NCBI GenBank assembly: GCA_963677745.1
Contig: OY782391.1
Location: 64,001-128,000, forward strand
Length of the DNA stretch: 64,000 nucleotides
DNA from: Candidatus Altimarinota bacterium
GTDB lineage: Bacteria > Patescibacteriota > Gracilibacteria > UBA1369
Direction of reading: 5' to 3'
Numbering within the stretch: position 1 is the stretch's first letter; each line of letters opens with the position of its first letter. The notes under the pieces were generated by a model. The model had not been told where the DNA came from and did not search any database. It saw nothing but the letters and a program-made list of their open reading frames with translations. Positions 1 to 8,003 of the stretch are shown here, piece by piece. Both the position numbers and the translations under genes were made by a program.

Positions 1-1
1 G

Positions 2-229
2 GCTGCTGCTGCTGATATCTGGACCCCTGCATTACAGAAACAGCATTGTCTGTTTGGTCGTAAGGGTGCTATTACGGCCGTTGTCCAGAAAGATCCGACC
101 CCGGAAGTGAAAGAAGTGTCCGACAAGCTCGGTAAAAACGTGCTGGTTGGCATTCTCTATGGTTGGAAAACTTATGCCGACGGAGCCAAGGAATTGGTCG
201 ATGTCGCATTGGATTCCTCAGCGTTCTAA
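2..229 (+). CDS. Major capsid protein, C-terminal fragment (P22 coat-like)
   Basis: Manual translation ...HCLFGRKGAITAVVQKDPTPEVKEVSDKLGKNVLVGILYGWKTY...SSAF*; resembles coat C-termini and precedes decoration/head-completion genes. Confidence 0.55.
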   Translation, partial: AAAADIWTPALQKQHCLFGRKGAITAVVQKDPTPEVKEVSDKLGKNVLVGILYGWKTYADGAKELVDVALDSSAF

Positions 230-240
230 TTATCAACCGA

Positions 241-272
241 GTGAGGGGGCGTGATAGGACGCCCAGTCTCAC
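241..272 (+). other. Intergenic hairpin after capsid gene
   Basis: GTGAG..GGCGT-GATAGG-ACGCC..CTCAC inverted repeat. Confidence 0.4.
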
Positions 273-289
273 CTAACCAAAATAAATAT

Positions 290-739
290 ATGGCTAAAGT
301 TATCGGAACAGACGTCAAACTTGTCGGGAAAGCCGTTTTCAAGGCCAACGACAGATTTGTCACGTCCCCAGATGGTAGAGTTATGGGGGGCAAAATGACC
401 GTCACCACCAAGGCGACGGCAACTGCCATCACCCTGACCGCTGCTGAGGTTTTAGGAGGTTTAATCCTCCAGGATCCAGCCGGCGGAGCCTGCACGACCA
501 ATCTCCCAACAGCGGCTTTATTGTCTGCTGCCCTGGGGGGGGCGGTTGCTGGCGATTCAGTTGAATTCACCATCAGGAATACCGCTGATGCTGGCGAGAC
601 CATTACTGTTGCTGCCGGAACAGGTGGCGGCACTTCTGGGACTATGACCATCGCTCAAAGCAACACCAAGCGTTTTGTGATTATATTCACTTCCAAAAGT
701 GCATATACAGTCTATTCGCTCGGTACGATTGTTCATTAG
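290..739 (+). CDS. Putative capsid decoration / minor structural protein
   Basis: T/A/G-rich beta-type protein directly after capsid; ATG 290 preferred over 251. Confidence 0.55.
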   Translation: MAKVIGTDVKLVGKAVFKANDRFVTSPDGRVMGGKMTVTTKATATAITLTAAEVLGGLILQDPAGGACTTNLPTAALLSAALGGAVAGDSVEFTIRNTADAGETITVAAGTGGGTSGTMTIAQSNTKRFVIIFTSKSAYTVYSLGTIVH

Positions 740-747
740 TTTGCAAT

Positions 748-773
748 GGAGGGGGCTTAAAAAAGCCCTTTCC
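748..773 (+). terminator. Stem-loop, probable terminator of capsid transcript
   Basis: GGAGGGGGCTT-AAAA-AAGCCCTTTCC. Confidence 0.5.
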
Positions 774-802
774 TTGGAGGCTAATCACTAATCAAAAAAA
801 AC

Positions 803-1168
803 ATGGCAGATGATTACAAAATAATGAAAGTTTGGCACAAAGAACGCCAGGCGGAAATGTGGATCAAGGATTTCGCTTTTAATCCTGAAATTCACAAAAA
901 ATTAAGCGAACTTTTCCCGAAAGATCACATTTACACCGTCCAAATGGAGGCTCTAAATGCAAAGCTCAAAAAATCACTTGAAAGCGAACAAAAACCAGTA
1001 CATAGTGAGCCCGTACAGCAAGAAACGGCTGAAACTCCCGACTACGAAAAAATGAAAATGCCCGATTTAAGGGCTTTGGCAAAATCATTGGGAATCAAGA
1101 CCCAATTCACGGACAAGAAAACAGACATTTTGGCGAAAATTAAGGATACAAACGCAACTAATCCTTAA
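803..1168 (+). CDS. Phage protein with C-terminal HeH/Rho-N-like domain
   Basis: YEKMKMPDLRALAKSLGIK...KKTDILAKI motif. Confidence 0.6.
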   Translation: MADDYKIMKVWHKERQAEMWIKDFAFNPEIHKKLSELFPKDHIYTVQMEALNAKLKKSLESEQKPVHSEPVQQETAETPDYEKMKMPDLRALAKSLGIKTQFTDKKTDILAKIKDTNATNP

Positions 1169-1180
1169 TCCAAGTCAACA

Positions 1181-1966
1181 ATGTATATTGAAAAGTTCCA
1201 AAACGTAAACGGATCAACAATAGCGGTCACGGGAACGGCGACCAATATCTTTGATTTAATCAATACGGCCCAAGCCACCACCCTTACCAACGCAGGGTTT
1301 TCAAGCGGCGTAAATGCAATCACAATCCAGCCGGCAGGGGGCGATATTCGGGTCACTTTTGATGGCACGACCCCGACAGCGACGGCCGGTTTTCTGATTA
1401 AAGGTAATTCGACTGTTTATCTGCCAAATATTCCATTAAAAGCCCTCAAATTAATTCGAACGGGTGGATCCAATGTGAGCTGTTCAATTTTGGTTGGTAA
1501 ATCTGATATGGGCGAAAGTATGTCGGTCAGTACGCCCCAATCTGGACCCCAAACAGTCATTCGGGCGGCTGCAAATTTACCTCAAACAGCCCAGACCCCT
1601 TATTTTACAGTTACCGGGGGCAGATGCAGAATCAAGATCTATGGTGAGGTGACGACAATTGTCGAAAATACCGGGGCGGTAAATATCGATCTTTGGTCCA
1701 ATCCGGCAAACGGCACGGCAGACGCGGCTTTGTGCGCTGTTGTAAATGCTGCCAACGCTGCTGTTGGAAGCTCAATAAACATCACCGGGACGCCTGCAAA
1801 TGCGGCAATTATCAATCCATCAAGTACAGTTTTGGACCAGGCAGATTGGGTTGTTGTCCCAGCCGGAACAATTGACCTCAAGACCTCAGCATCAAAAACA
1901 GGCGCGACAAAGTGGGTTGTTCAATATGAGCCCATCGACGTTGGAGCGAGCATTGCAGCCGCTTAA
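1181..1966 (+). CDS. Virion structural protein (hypothetical)
   Basis: 261-aa T/A/G/N-rich ORF in the morphogenesis cluster. Confidence 0.55.
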   Translation: MYIEKFQNVNGSTIAVTGTATNIFDLINTAQATTLTNAGFSSGVNAITIQPAGGDIRVTFDGTTPTATAGFLIKGNSTVYLPNIPLKALKLIRTGGSNVSCSILVGKSDMGESMSVSTPQSGPQTVIRAAANLPQTAQTPYFTVTGGRCRIKIYGEVTTIVENTGAVNIDLWSNPANGTADAALCAVVNAANAAVGSSINITGTPANAAIINPSSTVLDQADWVVVPAGTIDLKTSASKTGATKWVVQYEPIDVGASIAAA

Positions 1967-1985
1967 ATTTAACTAAATTCGTCCA

Positions 1986-2213
1986 ATGGATAACCAAACA
2001 ACCGTCCAAAGAATCCTGAGATCCGAGCTGTCCTTTTACGGGACGATTATCGCTGCTGTTATCTCGATTGCCGCCTTTTATTTTGGGGTGACAAATCAGA
2101 TAAATTTAATTGCCCAAAAGCTTGACACTCACCTTGAGGCAACAGCTTATATGCCGCTTAAACTAACGGAAATTGGCGAAAAGGTGGCGGTACTTATTAA
2201 CCAAAATAAATGA
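1986..2213 (+). CDS. Small single-TM phage protein
   Basis: Hydrophobic FYGTIIAAVISIAAFYFGV followed by coiled segment. Confidence 0.55.
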   Translation: MDNQTTVQRILRSELSFYGTIIAAVISIAAFYFGVTNQINLIAQKLDTHLEATAYMPLKLTEIGEKVAVLINQNK

Positions 2214-2428
2214 GCCATCAGCGACTAAATGAATATCTCTACGATTTGGAGCGCGTCGAGGACGTCAGAAACAAACTTCCACCAGGCGACAGACGCGGCG
2301 AAGTGGATAAAGTCACAAGGCGGATCCGGGAAATGATCTGCGAGGCTGACGGGGCAATAAGTCAGCACCGAAACGTCGAAAATATGCTGGCGCGCATCAG
2401 AAACTTAATAAATATCGTCTTAAAATGA
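2210..2428 (+). CDS. Hypothetical phage protein
   Basis: 4-nt overlaps with both neighbours. Confidence 0.5.
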   Translation: MSHQRLNEYLYDLERVEDVRNKLPPGDRRGEVDKVTRRIREMICEADGAISQHRNVENMLARIRNLINIVLK

Positions 2429-3087
2429 GCACATTATCAAGTCTGGTTTCAGACCTCAGGAATTACATAAAATCGGACCCCAACGATAAAATTTGGGGAA
2501 GTGCAATAAAAGAATCGGCGATAAATTCCGCTTATTTCCAGATCCAGAAAGACGGAGGTTTCAGATGGCCCCAGAATGAAGCGTCAACAACTCAAGTCAC
2601 AGTCGGAGGAACGGCGGAATATGCTTTGCCAACCGACTTTATCAGGCTAGAAATGGTCCAGTTTTCCGATACTTTGGGGCAACTCACCCCGACGACAAAA
2701 CAGGCTGCCATGAGAAATGGCACGACCAGCCAGGGCAGACCATCAAATTACTATCTTTGGAATCAGAAACTTGGCTTTTATTCTACCCCGGACACGGCCT
2801 ACCCGGCAAACATTTTATACCGAAAACGCCTGGCGACATTAACCGGCGTCCAGGATTCACTTTTTCCGTCCGATTTCGATAACGCGATCGTCCGATATGC
2901 GGCTTATATCCTTTGGTCAACGACCAAAAACCAGCCCAAAACAGGGCAGGCGTTGGACGATTACCGCCTGATGTTGGGAATGTTAAAAGACGCTTATTTA
3001 TATCAAGACACCGCCATGATTTCATTCCCTTATCAACGGGGAGTGTCCAGGCGGAATAAATTTGACCCCAAAATACTAGATGCGTAA
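2425..3087 (+). CDS. Head-tail adaptor (tail tubular protein A-like)
   Basis: Size, position, EYALPTDF and GRPSNYY motifs typical of podovirus adaptors. Confidence 0.6.
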   Translation: MSTLSSLVSDLRNYIKSDPNDKIWGSAIKESAINSAYFQIQKDGGFRWPQNEASTTQVTVGGTAEYALPTDFIRLEMVQFSDTLGQLTPTTKQAAMRNGTTSQGRPSNYYLWNQKLGFYSTPDTAYPANILYRKRLATLTGVQDSLFPSDFDNAIVRYAAYILWSTTKNQPKTGQALDDYRLMLGMLKDAYLYQDTAMISFPYQRGVSRRNKFDPKILDA

Positions 3088-5140
3088 AGTTTTCGACAAT
3101 TTGATCGGGGGACTTTCCAAAAGAGAGCCTCAACTTGTTGGAGACAACCAGTTTGTTGAGCTCCAAAACTTTTTTTATAACCAAGATAAAAGGCTCCAAA
3201 CACGTTACGGATATATGCGCTATTTCCCGATCGTTCCCGATACTTGCGTTCAGGTCGATTCGGTTGATGCGATTTCCGATTATGTCGCTTCCGATGATGC
3301 AACCAACGTGGTCACGGGCGCACCAATCCGGGGGGCCGGATCCCTGAGTTTCGACATAGACGTGAGTTTGTCGGCTACTGACCAGGCGACGGTCACCAAA
3401 TCCACCCTAGCGGTGAATATTTCCGCTGCCAAAGACTATTTCGGAATGTGGGTTAATGTCCCAACCGGGTTTAATACCAATTTGACTGCTGTTAAATACA
3501 GGCTCGGATCTGATGCCGCCAATTACTACGAATGGACCTTGCCGGCAATTACTGAGGCGACCAGCCAATATTTAAAACTGAATTTCAGCGCGGCGACAGT
3601 TGTCGGGACGCCGGTTGACGCTGCCATCACTTATGAACGCTTCCAAATGACGTATTCGGCCGGGTATTTGGATCAACTCGGGATCAGGTTTGATGCGTTA
3701 ATCTGCTATTCAGCCAGCTACAACAAGCCGGTTACCAGTTATTTTTTCAACAGGGACGAGGCCAGCGGAACAAATATCACAATTTGCGTTGCCGGTGACA
3801 ATATGTTTCTTTTTAACGAGGCGAATTTGTGCTGGGAAAGAATCCAGTCGAGCCTTAGCCAGTTTGAAACGGCGGTCGGAAAAACAACCCATCGCACACG
3901 TTGGGAATTTTTCGCTTATAACGGGTCCGGGACAATGGAGGTCGGAATGTGTAATGGCATCGATGATTATCGCGTCTGGGACGGTGTAACGGTTACCAGC
4001 TATCCGGCAATGCCTAAATGCCGATATTTTCTGGTATTTGAGGACACTATTTTCGGGGCCGGAGCAGACGCCAACCCATTGACTGTTTATTACACAAACG
4101 CCAACCCTGCCAACGCCCAAACAATTAATACCAACAATGTCGATGCCGGAAACGAGGCCGATGGACGGATTAACGGACTTTTCCCCTTGGCCCAGTCGGT
4201 GATGATCGGCAAGACGGAAAGAATTTACTATTATGACGCTGTAAATGCTGTCTGCCTTCCCCTGGATTCCCAAAATGGAATGTTTAGCCAAAGAGCAATC
4301 AGAGAAGTTGGCAACGGAATCCTTTTACAAACAAAATCGGGAGTTGATAATTTGGCCCAAAAAAGAGCGGTGACTGGAGCGGCGGCAGTTGAAAGCGAGG
4401 GTTATTCCAGCGATCTTGAAAGCTTTTTTAACTCGATTTTATACAACAATTTAAACGCCAGTTCAGGGCTTTACATAAAGGAAAACAATAATTATCACAT
4501 AAGCATAGATACGGACGGGGACAATAAGCCCGACAGGACTTTGGTTTATAGCTCGCTGATTGGGAAAACTTGGTCGCAATACATTTACCCGTCGGCCTAT
4601 ACCTACGGAGTTTATATCGACCCGACCAATTCCTACCATTATTTGATGTGTTCGGCGACCGCTGGGCTTATCTGGGAAGTGGAAAGCGGCTGGGACGATG
4701 ACGGATCCCCAATAAACTTCTGGTTTAAGACCAAAGAGCATAATTTCCAGACCCCTTATGATTGGAAAGATTTTGAGGCAGTAACCCTTTCAGGACTGAA
4801 AAATATCGGGTCCGAAATGCTGATCGACGTTTTGGTTGATGGCGAGATTTTGTATTCCGCAACGCTGGACGATTCGTTTTTGACCTCAACCAGCTCGGCC
4901 GTCACCATCGGAAGTCACCCGATTGGACTTGAAACCGTTGGTGGGGGATTGGCAGAGAGCCCGGAGGTCGCATTATACCCATATAAGATGCGATTGGGGG
5001 CGGAATTGTTCGCGTCTGGGCAAACTATCCAGATTCAAGGGACATCGGATTCTAAACCGCTTGTTTTGACTTTAGACAGAATTGAGGTCAAATACCAAAA
5101 CACTACCGATGATATGTTTCCGGCAATAAATTTCGCATAG
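3080..5140 (+). CDS. Tail nozzle / head-stabilisation protein (tail tubular protein B / P22 gp10-like)
   Basis: 686-aa beta-rich protein after adaptor; N-terminal GGL...N...LQTRYGY pattern. Confidence 0.6.
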   Translation: MRKVFDNLIGGLSKREPQLVGDNQFVELQNFFYNQDKRLQTRYGYMRYFPIVPDTCVQVDSVDAISDYVASDDATNVVTGAPIRGAGSLSFDIDVSLSATDQATVTKSTLAVNISAAKDYFGMWVNVPTGFNTNLTAVKYRLGSDAANYYEWTLPAITEATSQYLKLNFSAATVVGTPVDAAITYERFQMTYSAGYLDQLGIRFDALICYSASYNKPVTSYFFNRDEASGTNITICVAGDNMFLFNEANLCWERIQSSLSQFETAVGKTTHRTRWEFFAYNGSGTMEVGMCNGIDDYRVWDGVTVTSYPAMPKCRYFLVFEDTIFGAGADANPLTVYYTNANPANAQTINTNNVDAGNEADGRINGLFPLAQSVMIGKTERIYYYDAVNAVCLPLDSQNGMFSQRAIREVGNGILLQTKSGVDNLAQKRAVTGAAAVESEGYSSDLESFFNSILYNNLNASSGLYIKENNNYHISIDTDGDNKPDRTLVYSSLIGKTWSQYIYPSAYTYGVYIDPTNSYHYLMCSATAGLIWEVESGWDDDGSPINFWFKTKEHNFQTPYDWKDFEAVTLSGLKNIGSEMLIDVLVDGEILYSATLDDSFLTSTSSAVTIGSHPIGLETVGGGLAESPEVALYPYKMRLGAELFASGQTIQIQGTSDSKPLVLTLDRIEVKYQNTTDDMFPAINFA

Positions 5141-5148
5141 ATTTTCCC

Positions 5149-5194
5149 TAGACAATGGGGAAAAAGATAGTATCTTCACGAGATAGGCGCAGGG
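5149..5194 (+). promoter_or_regulatory. Putative phage promoter with downstream GGCGCAGGG element
   Basis: TAGACA-16-TATCTT, then GGCGCAGGG (5186-5194); same layout at 14254-14298. Confidence 0.45.
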
Positions 5195-5210
5195 ATAAAA
5201 ATTCGATAAA

Positions 5211-7664
5211 ATGGCAGTAACAATTCCTTTGGAGGACAATTACGAGGCAATATTGACCCAAGCCCTCGCCGCCGATGCCGCATCGCTGACAGTTTACGTC
5301 TCAAAAACGCCTGTTTGCACAATCCCGGCCGGAAAAGAGGTCGTTATCACAATCGACCCGGGCAGGGGATTTTTATATCAAGAAAATTGTTTGATGGAAT
5401 CTTATGATGCCGTCAATAAAACAATCACACTCAAAACAGCCGGACGTGCGGTCGCCAGGTATGCCGGAGATACAGCTACGGCTTTGCCCCATGCTGTTGG
5501 AGCTAAAATTATCATTTCCGACAATTACTGGGTTTGGGAAAATACCAATGATTATTTGCCCCTTGCCGGCGGAATAATGACCGGGCCAATTCAATTCGGC
5601 GATGCTCTAACCCAGATCCGCCATGATGCCGGCGATATGAAATTCAAATCTGATTCACAGGCCGAGGTTACACTTTCCCAGTTGGCCAGCGGCGCAGGCG
5701 TAAACGACAAAACCAAGGTAAGCGCGGCCGATACTACGGAGGGATATTTATTCAGCAAACTGGCGTTTTCGCTTGGTTTGTCCGGGACGATTTTAAACCC
5801 GGGGGCGAATGAATCTTATCAGATCGGAATCGACACGACCGAGCCAACTTTATTTTCACAAACAGGCGCGGCAAATAAAGTCCCAGTTGGAACACCCAGC
5901 GGTTTGTTGGATCCGTCTTGGATTCCCCAAGAAAACCCTGAAACTGGTGTCTCTGGCAATGTTATTACTGACAAAGAAATACTGAATATTTCCAATTCTA
6001 GCGGTAGAATGGAAGGAACGGACGCGGACGCCATCGCAACGGCAGCCGGATTTATTGGGATCGCCAATAGCGCGGCCGGGGGTGCTGATGTAAGTTTAAA
6101 TTATACGCCTTTCGGCCCAGTTGTTGATATCCCTACGCTGGCAATGGCTGAATATGCAAACGGCGTTTTAACTGCCGCAACTCCAACAAACGTCGTGGAG
6201 GACATTGATACCGATGCCCCTACTGCAATTGCCGAAAGAAGAGCGCAGACATTTACTACTGCAAATAACACCTGGGAGGATAACATCGCCACAGTTTCCT
6301 TACAGCTTACCAAAACTGGTGCGCCATCGGGTAATTCAATTGTCAGGCTTCACGCTACATCGGGCGGACTTCCGATCTCCCGTGTCGCAAATGAAAGCCA
6401 GGCTGCAAGCGACACCGCCGATGCTGTTGCAAACTCAGCCCATTGGAGGGCTCAGACCTTTACCCCTACCGTCGGAGGTTATCTTTCTGATGTCGATATA
6501 TATTTAACGAAAGTTGGTTCGCCTGGTGGAAATTCTACTGTCACTTTAACCGCTGTTGCTGCTGGTGTCCCAACTGGTGCGGCCTTAGCTACCGCAACGG
6601 TCCGGGCAAATTCGGGAATTGCAACGGGGACCATTACCTTTACTTTCCCAACGCCTTATTTACTGGTTGCAGGGACTACCTATGCCATTGTTCATTCACC
6701 CGGAACTGTATCGGCTGGCAACACTTTGTCCTGGGACTATCAGAATTCTGATGCTTATGCTGGTGGAAATTCTGCCTATTCAACCAATTCAGGGGGGGCT
6801 TGGACCGCAAGTGCCTATGATCGGAGGTTTACAGTTTACACCAATGGGGAATTGGGGAGGGCAACAGTTGCCAACGCCTCAATTGCTACTGGAATTAATC
6901 TATTTACGTTCGCGACACCCGTCGCTGTTTCTGCAAATACTGTTTACGCGCTTGTTTATGAAGCTGGCGGAACTTCTGCCGGTAATGTGGTTGCCTGGGA
7001 TTATAAAAACGGCGATGTTTACGCAGGCGGACAATCCGCAAAATCAACCGATTCGGGTCAGAATTGGACTGCCGAAGCTGGTTATGACCGCTGGTTTAGA
7101 ATGCAATATGGTGCGATTTACGGGCTTCCGGCTTTTGTAAGTACGGCAACTGGTGGATTAACACTTTTACCTGCCGCTACTGGGTCGGGAGATTTCAATC
7201 GCAGAATCGGATTTATGGTAAGTAACAACAAACTGCTATTAAGTGCCGGAATTCAGCACATTTACGCTACTTTTAATTTTACCGCCGATGCGCCGGCTAC
7301 TGTTGATACAGAAATTACAATTGGATTTAGGCCAATGATGATTTTTGCAAGTGGACGAAATGGGGCAGGGACGACCGTTACAAATGGCTCAATGGGACAT
7401 TGGATGCAGGGTGGAAGTTCAATGTCTTTGGAAAACAAGGGAACTTTCATCTCTGCCAATGGGGCCAGTCAGTTTTTTGGATATGCTACTGGGAGCCTTT
7501 TATATTTTGACAACGACAGTAACCCAGCGGCAGCAAATTTTATCTATGTCACCATGACCGTCCAGGCAACTTCTGCCAATACCGTTACAATTCGGAGAGT
7601 GGTTACAGAGGACACGGCAGGCTCAATGACGCCCTATATTTATCTACACATAATCGGTTGGTAA
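5211..7664 (+). CDS. Tail fibre / receptor-binding protein
   Basis: 817 aa, A/G/T-rich, YLPLAGG-MTG fibre motif, duplicated beta domains. Confidence 0.7.
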   Translation: MAVTIPLEDNYEAILTQALAADAASLTVYVSKTPVCTIPAGKEVVITIDPGRGFLYQENCLMESYDAVNKTITLKTAGRAVARYAGDTATALPHAVGAKIIISDNYWVWENTNDYLPLAGGIMTGPIQFGDALTQIRHDAGDMKFKSDSQAEVTLSQLASGAGVNDKTKVSAADTTEGYLFSKLAFSLGLSGTILNPGANESYQIGIDTTEPTLFSQTGAANKVPVGTPSGLLDPSWIPQENPETGVSGNVITDKEILNISNSSGRMEGTDADAIATAAGFIGIANSAAGGADVSLNYTPFGPVVDIPTLAMAEYANGVLTAATPTNVVEDIDTDAPTAIAERRAQTFTTANNTWEDNIATVSLQLTKTGAPSGNSIVRLHATSGGLPISRVANESQAASDTADAVANSAHWRAQTFTPTVGGYLSDVDIYLTKVGSPGGNSTVTLTAVAAGVPTGAALATATVRANSGIATGTITFTFPTPYLLVAGTTYAIVHSPGTVSAGNTLSWDYQNSDAYAGGNSAYSTNSGGAWTASAYDRRFTVYTNGELGRATVANASIATGINLFTFATPVAVSANTVYALVYEAGGTSAGNVVAWDYKNGDVYAGGQSAKSTDSGQNWTAEAGYDRWFRMQYGAIYGLPAFVSTATGGLTLLPAATGSGDFNRRIGFMVSNNKLLLSAGIQHIYATFNFTADAPATVDTEITIGFRPMMIFASGRNGAGTTVTNGSMGHWMQGGSSMSLENKGTFISANGASQFFGYATGSLLYFDNDSNPAAANFIYVTMTVQATSANTVTIRRVVTEDTAGSMTPYIYLHIIGW

Positions 7665-7665
7665 T

Positions 7666-8001
7666 ATGAAACAATACTTTGCAAAACACAAAAACGGAAA
7701 CATCACGGTCTGTAACTGGCCTATCAAAGAAACAGGGGCTGATTCTTACGAATTTGAGATCAACGAACTGGATCTAAAAGACGTCCAAAATGGCGAGAAG
7801 GATTGGCGCATCGAGGGTGGAAAGTTGACGGTTGTTGCATCAACCAGAAAGGCAGACTTTTTAGCCGCCCAGAAAGCGGCTCAAGATGCTCAAATTACCA
7901 TGGAGGAACAGGAAAAAAATCGGAAATTAGAGCTTGTCCAAAAGATTACCGAAGGGAAGGCAAGCCCAGCAGAACAACAAGAATTCGTTAATTTAATCTA
8001 A
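7666..8001 (+). CDS. Tail-fibre-associated protein (possible assembly chaperone)
   Basis: Small ORF directly after fibre gene. Confidence 0.4.
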   Translation: MKQYFAKHKNGNITVCNWPIKETGADSYEFEINELDLKDVQNGEKDWRIEGGKLTVVASTRKADFLAAQKAAQDAQITMEEQEKNRKLELVQKITEGKASPAEQQEFVNLI

Positions 8002-8003
8002 AA

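Noticed and set aside
5211-7664. Diversity-generating retroelement targeting the tail fibre
   Set aside because: No reverse transcriptase and no TR/VR pair differing only at adenines seen; the internal repeats are old protein-level duplications
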